Assembly: GCA_963695225.1 (NCBI GenBank)
Contig: OY968762.1
Span: forward strand, 2,272,001-2,336,000
Length of the DNA stretch: 64,000 nt
Direction of reading: 5' to 3'
From: Vulcanimicrobiota bacterium
Lineage (GTDB): Bacteria; Vulcanimicrobiota; Vulcanimicrobiia; Vulcanimicrobiales; Vulcanimicrobiaceae
Part shown: in pieces, positions 34,054-45,345 of the stretch
Numbering within the stretch: the stretch's first letter is position 1
Layout of the letters: the number at the start of each line of letters is the position of its first letter
Translations under genes and position numbers: made by a program
Notes under the pieces: generated by a model
What the model was told of the DNA's origin: nothing
Database searches by the model: none
Seen by the model: only the letters and a program-made list of their open reading frames with translations

Positions 34054-35592
34054 TCACACGAGCGGCAGCACGTTGCCCCGCTCGAAGGGCGAAACGCGCG
34101 AGATTTCGGCGAACGCCTCCGCGAGCGTCTCGGGGAGGTCTCCTGCGATCACGCCGACCGGGCGGCGCGCCGCGGCGAGCCTTCCCGCAAGCCCGTGCCA
34201 ATAGGCGCCCAGGCGAGCGGCATCGACCGGCGCGAGGCCCTGCGCGAGCAGCGTCGCGATGATTCCCGTCAAGACGTCGCCGCTTCCGGCGGTCGCGAGC
34301 GCGGGCGAACCGCTCGGATTGACGTGCAGCGTCGCGCCGTCGTCGATCTCGGTGGCGGGACCCTTGAGGAGCGTCGCGATCCCCGTGCGCGAAACGAAAG
34401 CGCGAAGGCGCGCGACGCGCGTTCCCGCGGTGACGGAGCCTTCGCCGGAGAGCCGTGCGAATTCGCGTTCGTGCGGCGTCACGATGCAGCGTTTCCCGCG
34501 CAGCAGATCGAGATGTTTCGCCAGATGGTAGAGCGCGCTCGCGTCGGCGACGAACGGCAGCTCGAGCCGCGCGATGAAGCCGCGCACGATCTCGCCGGTG
34601 CGCTCGTCGAGGCTGAGGCCCGGGCCGATTGCGACGGAGGAGGCGTGATTCGTCAGATCGAGCAGCGCCTCGACGGCGCCCGCGACGTCGGCTTCGTCCC
34701 ACGCGACGACGACCTGTTCGATCAGGTGCGCGCGCAGCAACGGCGCGGCCGGCGCCGGAGTCGCGACGGTGACGTACCCGGCTCCGGCGCGCGCTGCGCC
34801 GCGCGCGCAGAGCACGGCCGCGCCCGGGAACTGCGTCGAGCCGGCTAGCACGAGCGGCGCTCCGGCCGAGCGTTTGTCCGCACCGGATTTGCGTGCCGGA
34901 AAGAGCGCGCGCGCCGCGCGGCGGTCGAGCGTGCGAACGAGCGCTCCCGGAACGGCCTCGCACTCGCAAGCGATTCCTATATCGCCGACGAGCAGCGCGC
35001 CGGCGATCGAACGGGCGGGCTCGAGGAGCAGGCCGAGTTTCGGGGCGGCGAGCGCGATCGTCGCGTTCGCGCGTACGACCGTCGCCGCGACCGCGCCCGT
35101 CGTCGCGTCGACGCCGGTCGGCAGATCAACGGCGAGCACCGGGAGCGCGAAATCGTTCAAGGCTTCGATTGCGGGCGTGAAGACGGCGCCGGGTTCGAAG
35201 CGCGCCCCCGTCCCGAGCATCGCGTCGAGCGCGAGATCCGCGCCCGCGAGCGCGGCGCGCGCCTCGTCGAGCGTTCGCGGAAACGGTGCGGCGCGGACGC
35301 CCGCCGCCGCCGCGCGGACCTCGGCATCGCGCCGCGCCTCGCTCGCCGGTCTCGCGGGGAGCGCGTGGACGGTCCGTTCGATCTCGCTTCCGAGTTCCGC
35401 GAACGCGGCGAATGCGTCGCCGCCGTTGTTCCCCGGCCCTGCGAACGCGACGACGCGTCGCGCGCGCGGCGCCAGCGCGCGGATCGTTTCCGCGATCGCG
35501 AGGCCGGCGGAGCGCATCAGCGCGACCTCGCCCAGCCGCTCGCAGCCGCGCGCGTCCGCCTCGCGCATCTGTGCGGCATCGAGGACGCGCAT
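34054..35592 (-). CDS. nnr: bifunctional NAD(P)H-hydrate epimerase/dehydratase
   Basis: GPGNNGGDA, VDLPTG, GPGL, TPHEREF, LATAGSGDVLTG. Confidence 0.92.
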   Translation of the reverse strand: MRVLDAAQMREADARGCERLGEVALMRSAGLAIAETIRALAPRARRVVAFAGPGNNGGDAFAAFAELGSEIERTVHALPARPASEARRDAEVRAAAAGVRAAPFPRTLDEARAALAGADLALDAMLGTGARFEPGAVFTPAIEALNDFALPVLAVDLPTGVDATTGAVAATVVRANATIALAAPKLGLLLEPARSIAGALLVGDIGIACECEAVPGALVRTLDRRAARALFPARKSGADKRSAGAPLVLAGSTQFPGAAVLCARGAARAGAGYVTVATPAPAAPLLRAHLIEQVVVAWDEADVAGAVEALLDLTNHASSVAIGPGLSLDERTGEIVRGFIARLELPFVADASALYHLAKHLDLLRGKRCIVTPHEREFARLSGEGSVTAGTRVARLRAFVSRTGIATLLKGPATEIDDGATLHVNPSGSPALATAGSGDVLTGIIATLLAQGLAPVDAARLGAYWHGLAGRLAAARRPVGVIAGDLPETLAEAFAEISRVSPFERGNVLPLV

Positions 35593-35960
35593 CAGCCGTT
35601 GCGTTCCAGGACGACGACGGCCGCAGCCGTCTCGGCGGTGTGCGTGATCGTGAGATGGATCGCGTCGACGCGGGCCCGCTCGGGGAGGGCGCTCGCGCGC
35701 CCGTAGAAGCGCAGCACGGGCTTTCCGCTCGATTCGTGCGAGACGCCGACCTGACGCCACGGAATCGCGAAGCCGAACGCCTTGCGCGCGGCCTCCTTCG
35801 CAGCGAAGAATCCGGCTAGGCGTTCGGGCCAATTGCGCTTGCGCAGCGCGTACGCCATCTCTTCCTCGGTGTATACCTTGCGCGCGAACCGCTCGAGCCG
35901 GACCGCATCGAATCGATAGCGCTCGACTTGGGCTAGGTCGATCCCGATGCCGACGATCAT
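35592..35960 (-). CDS. acpS: holo-ACP synthase
   Basis: MIVGIGIDL, FAAKEAARKA, SGKP, ITH. Confidence 0.93.
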   Translation of the reverse strand: MIVGIGIDLAQVERYRFDAVRLERFARKVYTEEEMAYALRKRNWPERLAGFFAAKEAARKAFGFAIPWRQVGVSHESSGKPVLRFYGRASALPERARVDAIHLTITHTAETAAAVVVLERNG

Positions 35961-36056
35961 GCGTGCACGTTCGCGACGGATCGGGTGCAATGCTGCACGA
36001 GGGGTTGAGGGGGCGCGGCGCTAACGTTGGGATCAATTCCTCGCACGTTTGCGATA

Positions 36057-36605
36057 ATGGGTGACTCCGTGGGTCGAATCGGCATTGTCCCGGTCAACGC
36101 GATCGACGCCTCCCTCCTCACGCGCCTAGCGCTGTGTCTCGAGGAGCGTTTTTTGCTGTCATGCAGCGTCGAGCGGACGTTGCGCGTCCCCGTGACGAGC
36201 CTGAACAGCGTGCGGAGACAACTTTTTCTTAATACTCTGATCGCGCGAGCGGCGGCGATGGATCTGCCGTACGAAGGTTTCCGCCTCGTGGTGACCGATT
36301 ACGACCTCTACAAGATCTCGCACCAGTTCGTCTTCGGCGAAGGGAGCGAGGAGCACGCGACCGCGATCGTCTCGCTGCATCGGATGCGGACGGAGTTCTA
36401 CCGGGAAGAGCCCGACGAGAACATGCTCTTCCAACGGCTGCTCAAGGAATCGGTCCACAACTTGGGGCACGCGATGGGCCTGCGCCACTGCCAGCAGGCG
36501 CGCTGCGCGATGGTCGTTTCGAATTCGATCTTCGACACGGACAACAAGCACCCGCACCTCTGCGAATCCTGCGAGCGGCGCGTCCGCAAGCCGATGCTCG
36601 GCTGA
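36057..36605 (+). CDS. archaemetzincin (M54)-like protein
   Basis: FVFG, KESVHNLGHAMGLRHC...C.M...LCESC pattern. Confidence 0.8.
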   Translation: MGDSVGRIGIVPVNAIDASLLTRLALCLEERFLLSCSVERTLRVPVTSLNSVRRQLFLNTLIARAAAMDLPYEGFRLVVTDYDLYKISHQFVFGEGSEEHATAIVSLHRMRTEFYREEPDENMLFQRLLKESVHNLGHAMGLRHCQQARCAMVVSNSIFDTDNKHPHLCESCERRVRKPMLG

Positions 36606-36630
36606 GGCCGACCCGGGGAAACGTACGGCG

Positions 36631-37431
36631 CTAGCGCAGCACGCGCGCGTCGGCGAGCCCGACCCGCTCTTCCCGCCCGCCGCGTTCCACGATCAGGCTG
36701 CCGTCGTCCGCGATGCGGAGCGCCCTCGCCGCGAATGGTACGCTCTCGCCGTCCCGGAGGATTCGATACGCCGTTCCGAGCAAACCGGCGCGCGTCTCCC
36801 AACGCCTGGCGATGCCGGAGGGATCGGCGAGCCAATGCCATTGGGCTTCGTAGCTTTGCGCGAGCGCGACGAGGAGCGCTTCGCGCCGGATGCCGCTCGC
36901 GCGATCGGAGAGGAACGCGGGCTCGGGTTCGAGCTCTCGCATCGCCGCATCCGCTTCCGCCGGCCGCCGGACGTTGAGGCCGACGCCGCAAGCGACGTAC
37001 GCGCGGCTTCCCTGCACGCGGCTCTGCGCGAGGATTCCGCAGCACTTGCGGGCGTCGAGCAGCAGATCGTTCGGCCATTGGAGCGCGAGCCGCACGCCCG
37101 CCGTCCGCTCGACCGCGTCCGTTACCGCCAGCGCGCACCAAAACGGTACCGCCCATAAGGCCGCGGCGGCGATCGCTTCGGGGAGCACCGTCGTGCAGAG
37201 CAGCGACGAGCCCGCCGGCGCGAGCCACGCGCGCGCGTGCCGGCCGCGTCCGCGCCTCTGATAATCGACCGCGAGGATGCGGCCGGCGGCGGAGGGCTCG
37301 CCGAGAAGGGCCGCGGCGTCGTCGTTCGTGCTCTCCGTCGAAGCGCGCCAATCGAGGCGAAAGCGAGTTTCGCGCAGCGCGAGCGCGACTTCGGCGGCGT
37401 CGAACTCCGACCAGGCTTCCTTCGCGCTCAT
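36631..37431 (-). CDS. birA: biotin--[acetyl-CoA-carboxylase] ligase
   Basis: STND, QRRGRGR..RAW, WPNDL, KCCGIL, GLNV. Confidence 0.9.
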   Translation of the reverse strand: MSAKEAWSEFDAAEVALALRETRFRLDWRASTESTNDDAAALLGEPSAAGRILAVDYQRRGRGRHARAWLAPAGSSLLCTTVLPEAIAAAALWAVPFWCALAVTDAVERTAGVRLALQWPNDLLLDARKCCGILAQSRVQGSRAYVACGVGLNVRRPAEADAAMRELEPEPAFLSDRASGIRREALLVALAQSYEAQWHWLADPSGIARRWETRAGLLGTAYRILRDGESVPFAARALRIADDGSLIVERGGREERVGLADARVLR

Positions 37432-37449
37432 ACCGTACTACGCGGCGTC

Positions 37450-37908
37450 ATGGCTATAGAACAAACGCTCATCCTCTGCAAGGCCGACGCGGTCGCTCGC
37501 GGACTCGTCGGCGAAGTCCTCGCCCGCTTCGAACGCCGCGGCTACACGATCGCGGCGATGAAACTCCTGCGCTGCGACGAAGCGCGCGCTCGGCGTCATT
37601 ACGCGGAGCACGAAGGGAAACCGTTTTTTGCAGGCCTCGTCGAGTACATCACGAGCGCGCCGATCGTCGCGCTGGTCGTCGAAGGCTCGGATGCGGTCGA
37701 AGGTTGCCGCGCGTCCATCGGTGCGACGAATCCGATCAAGGCCGTTCCCGGGTCGATCCGCGGCGACTACGGGCAAACGATCGGGCGGAATCTCGTGCAC
37801 GGCAGCGATTCCGCCGAGAGCGCGAAGCGCGAGATCGCGATCTGGTTCGAGCCCTCCGAGATCCACGCGCGCGCGTCCGATCTCGAAAAGTGGCTCGTCG
37901 ACGTCTGA
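37450..37908 (+). CDS. ndk: nucleoside diphosphate kinase
   Basis: HYAEHEGKPFF, GATNP, PGSIRGD, NLVHGSDS. Confidence 0.96.
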   Translation: MAIEQTLILCKADAVARGLVGEVLARFERRGYTIAAMKLLRCDEARARRHYAEHEGKPFFAGLVEYITSAPIVALVVEGSDAVEGCRASIGATNPIKAVPGSIRGDYGQTIGRNLVHGSDSAESAKREIAIWFEPSEIHARASDLEKWLVDV

Positions 37909-37938
37909 TCCCGGCCGAACTGCCGTCCTCCCGAACAT

Positions 37939-37975
37939 AACGAAGCCTCGCTCCGTGCGCGAGGCTTCGTTTTTT
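37939..37975 (+). terminator. intrinsic terminator after ndk
   Basis: AACGAAGCCTCGC / GCGAGGCTTCGTT stem followed by T-run. Confidence 0.85.
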
Positions 37976-37991
37976 CCTGGGATCCGCGGCG

Positions 37992-39772
<1,781 letters not shown>

Positions 39773-39900
39773 GCGGAAACCCTCCGCCGCGACGGCGCGG
39801 CGCTCTGCGACGAGCCGGCCGTCTCACCCCGGTCTTCGGCTCGGCGCCGGCATCGAGCCGACAAGGAATAGCGGGGGCGGGTCCCATACTAGAGACGGCC

Positions 39901-39972
39901 GGGCCCGTAGCTCAGCGGTAGAGCGGCCGGCTCATAACTGGTTGCGCGCTGGTTCGAATCCAGCCGGGCCCA
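39901..39972 (+). tRNA. tRNA with CAT anticodon (probably Ile2; Met not excluded)
   Basis: GGGCCCG/CGGGCCC acceptor stem, CTCATAA loop, GGTTCGAATCC. Confidence 0.9.
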
Positions 39973-39975
39973 CGC

Positions 39976-40050
39976 GGCGCCATAGTCTATCGGTTAGGAC
40001 GCGGCCCTTTCAAGGCTGAGAGACGGGTTCGACTCCCGTTGGCGCTACCA
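39976..40050 (+). tRNA. tRNA-Glu(TTC), island integration site
   Basis: CTTTCAA loop, GGTTCGACTCC, encoded CCA. Confidence 0.95.
40023..40050 (+). repeat. attL core (tRNA-Glu 3' end)
   Basis: ACGGGTTCGACTCCCGTTGGCGCTACCA, identical at 61030-61057. Confidence 0.93.
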
Positions 40051-40052
40051 TG

Positions 40053-40078
40053 AAAACCCTGTAACGACGGGGTTTTTT
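40053..40078 (+). terminator. hairpin terminator after tRNA-Glu
   Basis: AAAACCCTGT-aacg-ACGGGGTTTTTT. Confidence 0.7.
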
Positions 40079-40164
40079 CGTTGCTGACGGCGGCGCGTGG
40101 CACCGCTGTGGCACGGAGCCGGGAGAACGGGGGCGCTCGACGCCGTTCGGTGAAGCCCGGAGGC

Positions 40165-40395
40165 ATGACCGCGAACTTTCAGGTGATCGTCGAGCCCGGG
40201 GATGGCGTCTTCGTGACCTACGTCCCGGCGCTCGATTTCGCGTCAACGTTCGGCCCGACGCGCGAGGTTGCGCTCGCCCGGACTCGCGAGCTCATCGTCG
40301 GTTATCTCGAGGCCGCCCGCAAAGAGGGCATCCCGGTCGACGTTCCCGCCGCCGAGCAGCGCAGCGAACTCGTCGACTTGTCCGTTTCGGCGTAA
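40165..40395 (+). CDS. HicB-like antitoxin
   Basis: GGAGG RBS; VIVEP..GVFVTYVPAL...TFGPTREVAL...LE...EGIPV. Confidence 0.8.
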   Translation: MTANFQVIVEPGDGVFVTYVPALDFASTFGPTREVALARTRELIVGYLEAARKEGIPVDVPAAEQRSELVDLSVSA

Positions 40396-40399
40396 GCCG

Positions 40400-40495
40400 T
40401 CAGAACAGGGCGATGAACTCTTCGACGGTGAGTTCCGCTAGCCGCAGGATCGACTTCAGCGTACCCGGCGGAATCGTCTCGCCGGCGTGAACGGG
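40400..40495 (-). pseudogene. C-terminal remnant of HicA toxin
   Basis: Translates PVHAGETIPPGTLKSILRLAELTVEEFIALF*; N-terminal half missing. Confidence 0.75.
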
Positions 40496-40784
40496 TCAGC
40501 GCTCGGTCAAAGAAGGCGAGGAGCTCAGCCGGCGGCGCGCAGAGACCGATGTCGAGATCGCGTGTCGCGCGTGCGAGCAGCCCGAGCCGCAGCTCGATGG
40601 CAACGCCGCCCTTCACGAAAAAGATCGGTATGATGCCCTGGGCGACGGCTTCGGCGAGCGTTTCGCATACCACGGTAAATCCGACGCGCCGGCGAAGACG
40701 GGCCGCGGTTGTGCCGCGATCGCGAGCGGTCTTCGTGATTCGTCGCTCGAGTTCACGGAGTCGCGCGGTGGCGCTAGCTGCCAT
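40496..40784 (-). pseudogene. AbiEii-type nucleotidyltransferase toxin, truncated
   Basis: KGGVAIELR..RATRDLD N-terminal motif, then abrupt junction into the hicA remnant. Confidence 0.75.
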
Positions 40785-41358
40785 CGTGCGATTCCAGGAT
40801 CAAGCTTCCGAACTGGTCAACGAGCCGGTGCAGCTCGTCTTCGCGTAGGAGGCGCTTCTGTCGTGCTTCGCTCACCGCACGATGGACGATATCGATGCCG
40901 TGTGCGGGTGCGATGTCTTCGATTGCCCGGGCGACGCTCACGATCGGAACTCCGCGTTCCCAGGTACGATCGGCCGGGGCGATGTGCGCAAAATGAAGCC
41001 GAAGCCAAGACGGCAGCTTTCGTGAGATGCGCGTCTTGGGCGGCAGTGTCACGTGTACGACACCGGGGTTGAGTTGCGTCAGTCCGTAGAGCTCGAGGGC
41101 TGAGTCATGCGATACCAGCGCGTACTCGAGATCGCGATGCACGTGCGGCCATAGGACCGCCTCATGGTACTGTTGGAGGTCCGTTGAGGGCCAAGTTGGG
41201 AAGCGGTACAGCCCCTGGGCCACTCGCGTGAGCCGGCCGCGTCGGGCGAGCTGGACCACGAGAATCCGGGGCACGCCGGCCTCTTGGGCCGCCTTTGCCG
41301 TGAAGAAGCCCCCTTGTTCGGCCGCCACCTCTCTGAGAGTATCCTCGATCTTGGCCAT
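40774..41358 (-). CDS. AbiEi-type type IV TA antitoxin
   Basis: QGGFFT..A...G, GRLTRVAQGLYR wHTH, VSHDSALELYGL. Confidence 0.85.
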   Translation of the reverse strand: MAKIEDTLREVAAEQGGFFTAKAAQEAGVPRILVVQLARRGRLTRVAQGLYRFPTWPSTDLQQYHEAVLWPHVHRDLEYALVSHDSALELYGLTQLNPGVVHVTLPPKTRISRKLPSWLRLHFAHIAPADRTWERGVPIVSVARAIEDIAPAHGIDIVHRAVSEARQKRLLREDELHRLVDQFGSLILESHDGS

Positions 41359-41362
41359 GCAG

Positions 41363-41387
41363 ATAGTATAGCATTTTGCTATACTAT
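41363..41387. promoter_or_regulatory. perfect inverted repeat, probable AbiEi operator
   Basis: ATAGTATAGCA-ttt-TGCTATACTAT 4 nt upstream of the start codon. Confidence 0.75.
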
Positions 41388-41563
41388 GCGTCTAGTTTGC
41401 CTTGCCTGGACTGAGGAGCGATCGCAAGTCCAACGAGTCCTCGAACACAGATCGGTCAAAATGCCGCTCGCGATCTGACGATGCTGGAAGGCGGCCGCCG
41501 TGACTCATCCTCCAACAATCCAGTGCTTTCCGTGTGGCGTTTTTATATAGTATAATGCCACAA

Positions 41564-42196
41564 ATGGCGGCTAAAACGGCGGCTGAGGCGGTCCGGCGGT
41601 ACGTCGGGCGACTCCAGCCAGGTACGGTCTTCACCCCTGCTGAGCTGGTTCACGAACGGCTCGGCTCGGAACGGGCCGTCCGCGAGACCCTCCGGCGGAT
41701 GGCCGCAGGCGGCTCGATTCGTCGCCTGTCCAAGGGCTACTATGACGTCCCGAAGACCAACCCGCGGATCGGCGTGCTCAGCCCAACCCCCGAGGCCATC
41801 ATTGCCGCGCACGCCAGAAAAACCGGCGCGACGATCGAGCGGCCTGAACTCGACGCAGCAAATAGGCTCGGGCTAACAACGCAGGTTCTTGCCCGGCCCG
41901 TTTATCGCACTAATCTGTTTCCGCGCGAGCTCAACATCGGCGGGCAGCGTATCCGGTTGCGCACGGCCGGCCCGCGCTCACTAGCCCGCGACGCCGATCC
42001 TGCGGAGCTCGTCATCGATGCGCTCCAAGCGATCGGCAAGCCGAATATCACCGAAGTCGAGATTGCGAAGCTTCGTGCGTTCGTTCGCGAGCATGACCTA
42101 GTAAAACGACTGAAGCAACGCATGGGCCGAGCCCCATCTTGGATGCTTCCCATGATCGACGAGATTCTCGCTGACGCGAAGAAGACCCATGGATAA
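41564..42196 (+). CDS. DUF6088-like type IV TA antitoxin
   Basis: GTVFTP, IRRLSKGYY..PK, AANRLGLTTQV, PSWM; TATAAT just upstream; alternative ATG 41555. Confidence 0.8.
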   Translation: MAAKTAAEAVRRYVGRLQPGTVFTPAELVHERLGSERAVRETLRRMAAGGSIRRLSKGYYDVPKTNPRIGVLSPTPEAIIAAHARKTGATIERPELDAANRLGLTTQVLARPVYRTNLFPRELNIGGQRIRLRTAGPRSLARDADPAELVIDALQAIGKPNITEVEIAKLRAFVREHDLVKRLKQRMGRAPSWMLPMIDEILADAKKTHG

Positions 42197-43200
42197 GTTT
42201 GCGCGGCTACCTGCGTCGGAGCGGAGCGAAATCATCCAAGAGCGGGCGAGCCAGATGGACGTAGACTTTACGATCATCGAAAAGGACTTCTGGGTTTGTT
42301 GGACGCTGAAGTCGCTATTTGCGCTTCCACCGGGAACTCCGGCGATGACGTTCAAGGGCGGAACGTCGCTCAAAGGCGTATGGACTCATCGACCGCTTTT
42401 CAGAAGATATCGACATTGTCGCCGATCCCGGGTTCTTCGTTGCGCAAGGGTGCCCAGATCCCGAAGGTCGGGGTATCAGCAACTCCCAGCGAGAGAAGCG
42501 CATGGAGCAGCTCGATGCAGCTTGCGTTACCTATATTGGTGGTCAGTTAACATCGATGCTGCGGTCACAGTTTGCAGCGCGCGTCAATTCCAGCGAGGCG
42601 TGGAGCATTACTCCCGATTTGGCTGATCCGAGTACGCTGATCTTTCACTACCCGAAGAGTGGCTCCGGGAAAGCATACGAGTACCTTCGAGATACCGTGA
42701 AAATCGAACTTGGCTGGCGTGCAAAAGCGGCTCCGTCAGAGCTCAGAGCGATCTCACCGTATTTGGCAGAAATACCGATGCTTCTCGATGAAACACAGGT
42801 AATCGCAAACGTGCTGGCCCCAGAACGTACTTTCTGGGAGAAAGTCACGGCGTTGCACGCCGAGAGCTTCCGCGAAGAACCGAAGCGATTCCTGTCGCGC
42901 CACTACTCGGACGTCGCTGCGATGCTCCGAACACAGATCGGTCAAGATGCGGCTCGCGATCTTGCGATGCTGGAAGACGTCCGAGCTTTCAAGGACATCT
43001 ACTATCGCGCGAAGTGGGCACGCTACGACCTCGCCAAGCCCGGTTCACTCGTGGTTGTTCCCAATGAGGAGCGACAGCGAGAGCTAGCGATCGACTATCG
43101 AAACATGCGGCAGATGTTTCTTCATGATCCGCCAGCTTTCGATGCGATAATCGCTGAGCTTCTTGCGTTCGAGCGGGCAGTGAACATAGGGCATACGTGA
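42189..43200 (+). pseudogene. AbiEii nucleotidyltransferase toxin, frameshifted near 42371
   Basis: IEKDFWVCWTL..FKGGTSL then shift to KAYGLIDRFSEDID...ERTFWEK...SRHYSD. Confidence 0.85.
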
Positions 43201-43249
43201 TTAGATGGCGCGTGGAGGAGCCACCCCTTTACTAGCCGAGAGAACGGGT

Positions 43250-44422
43250 TCACTTCTGAGTCTTTCGTGAGGTCGTGAGCGAGCCGCCCAGGAGATCGTT
43301 GAAACGAGCGGTGGCTGCTCGTTCGATCTGCTCGACGTGGTGTAGGTAGAGGTTGCCGGTCGTGCCGACTTCGGAATGGCCGAGCCATGTCGAAACGCTC
43401 TTGAGGTCGGCTCCGCTGGCGAGCATGAGCGTGGCCGCAGAGTGCCGCAGATCGTGAAGGCGGACGTGTTCGAGCTTGGCGCTCTTGACGAGCCGCGCGA
43501 AGTGCAGGCTGAGCGGGCCGGGATCGTACGCCGTGCCGTCCGCGCGGTCGAAAACGTAGGCATTGTCATCGCGACCGAGGCCGAGGAGGAGCCGGCGCTC
43601 GTTCTGAGCCTTCCGCTGCGCGCGAAGTGCTTCGACGACGAAGCCGGGGACCGCGATCGTGCGCGCGCTGCGCGCTGTCTTGGGCTCCTTCTCGCGGCGC
43701 TCGCCGTCGACGACCTCGACCGACCGCCGTACGGAGATGCGCGAAGCCTCGAAGTCAACGTCGCGCCAGCGCAAACCGCACAGCTCGCCGCGGCGCAGGC
43801 CGGACCCGACCGCGACGATGATGAGGTTCTCGAGTTCGCTTCCGCGCGCGGCCTCAACGAGGGCTGCGACGCCGGCGGCGTCGAGAGCGCGCATCTCCTT
43901 GCGCTCGACCTTGATCGAGGAAACGGCGTCGGCCGGATTACGGACGAGGATCCCCATGCGGACGGCCCAGCGCAGGGCCGCACGTAGCGTGTCGAGCGCG
44001 TGCTTGACGCTGCGCGGCGATAGCGTGCCCTTTTCCCTATCGTTCCGCGGTCCGGTTGCCCACTTGGCGACGGCCGCTTCGATATGAGCGAGACGCAGTC
44101 GCTCGGCCCGCATGCCGCCAAACGCCGGCACGAGGTAGAGGCGCACGATCGAACCGTAGCGCTGCACGGTCTTCGCGCCGACTCGATGCTCCGTCGCGGC
44201 GAGCCATCCGGTGAAGAGATCCGCGCATGAGGTACGGCCGCCATCGGCGTATCCGCCCGTCTCGACTTCCGCGAGCAGCGCACGGAGACGCCGCTCCGCG
44301 TCGCGCTTCGTGCCGTGCATGACCTCGCGTCGCTGACGGCGCTTGCCGTCTGCGCTTTGCGGCAACTCGACGCGCAGATACCACGAACCAGGTGCGCGGC
44401 CGCGTGCGATGTAGCCCTTCAC
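43250..44422 (-). CDS. tyrosine recombinase / integrase
   Basis: GLRRGELCGL, HDLRHSAAT, LGHS...YLH. Confidence 0.93.
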   Translation of the reverse strand: MKGYIARGRAPGSWYLRVELPQSADGKRRQRREVMHGTKRDAERRLRALLAEVETGGYADGGRTSCADLFTGWLAATEHRVGAKTVQRYGSIVRLYLVPAFGGMRAERLRLAHIEAAVAKWATGPRNDREKGTLSPRSVKHALDTLRAALRWAVRMGILVRNPADAVSSIKVERKEMRALDAAGVAALVEAARGSELENLIIVAVGSGLRRGELCGLRWRDVDFEASRISVRRSVEVVDGERREKEPKTARSARTIAVPGFVVEALRAQRKAQNERRLLLGLGRDDNAYVFDRADGTAYDPGPLSLHFARLVKSAKLEHVRLHDLRHSAATLMLASGADLKSVSTWLGHSEVGTTGNLYLHHVEQIERAATARFNDLLGGSLTTSRKTQK

Positions 44423-44617
44423 TAGTCCCCTCCCGTTCGCTCGCCCGCGGCCACGCTAGGGTGGCCTGCGGCGGTCGGCGGCAACGTTCGGCTGAGAGAT
44501 GGAAGCGGTCCTTTGGCGCCACGTTGCCGCGCGCCCTCGGGGCGTCTCTTCAGAGCGAGAAAGCGATCGTGGAGCTCGCGCTCGTTCGCACCGGCGGCTT
44601 TTCCGTCGTTGCATCCC

Positions 44618-44797
44618 TCATCTTTCTCGCTCGGAAAGAAGTCGTTCCAGAGCAGCAATTGGAACGAGAATCCGGCGGCCGATCCGAATCGTCGGAATCT
44701 CGCCGCGTCTGGCCGCCTCGTAGGCCAGGTTACGGCTGATGCCGAGCAGCCGCGCTGCTTCCGCGGTGGTGACGGTGAGTGTTGCGTGGTCTTGCAT
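44618..44797 (-). CDS. excisionase-family HTH protein (59 aa)
   Basis: Hand translation MQDHATLTVTTAEAARLLGISRNLAYEAARRGEIPTIRIGRRILVPIAALERLLSERER. Confidence 0.88.
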   Translation of the reverse strand: MQDHATLTVTTAEAARLLGISRNLAYEAARRGEIPTIRIGRRILVPIAALERLLSERER

Positions 44798-44856
44798 GCC
44801 ACCAACAGTAGCGCACTATTCTAAACACGATGTTACTGGCCGCCAACCGGCGTTGT

Positions 44857-44885
44857 GCTCCTGGGGCTCCTGGGGCTCCTGGGGC
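44857..44885. repeat. (GCTCCTGGG)x3 tandem repeat
   Basis: Direct reading; upstream of xis. Confidence 0.85.
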
Positions 44886-44935
44886 GAGGCGTGGCGAGCA
44901 GAGGCGGCGTGCGTCGGCTCAGGCGCCGTCGGGCG

Positions 44936-45229
44936 TTAAGTACGCGCAGTGGTTTGCAGAGGCTTGACTGGGCGCACTTCGGAGCCTTCTGCGTGCTTCG
45001 TCCGCCGCCGTCGCGAGCGATATGACGGCGCTATCGCGCTCACGATCGCGTATCCGACTCGCGCGTCGGTTGTCGCAGCCGGCAACGTGGCCGTGCTGGC
45101 ATCGTCCCGAATCCGGGCCGCAACGCAATCTGAAATCGTCAAGCCAGCTCGCTTGGCTGTTCATCATGTTTCTTTAGCCACGTCAGCAGGGACCGTCAAG
45201 TTCAATTGCACCGTGGTCCTGAGAGGCAT
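44936..45229 (-). pseudogene. possible ribbon-helix-helix (CopG/MobC-like) remnant
   Basis: MPLRTTVQLNLTVPADVAKET**TAKRAGLTISDCVAARIR with tandem in-frame TGA TGA. Confidence 0.4.
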
Positions 45230-45345
45230 AGTTAGGCCTCCGTCGCGCCGCTCGTTCCAGATGTGCCTAGGCACATCCTATCCTGCCAATAAACTCCGTT
45301 TCTAGCATAAACGGCGGTCAAAAAAACGGAAAAACAAACGGTAAC

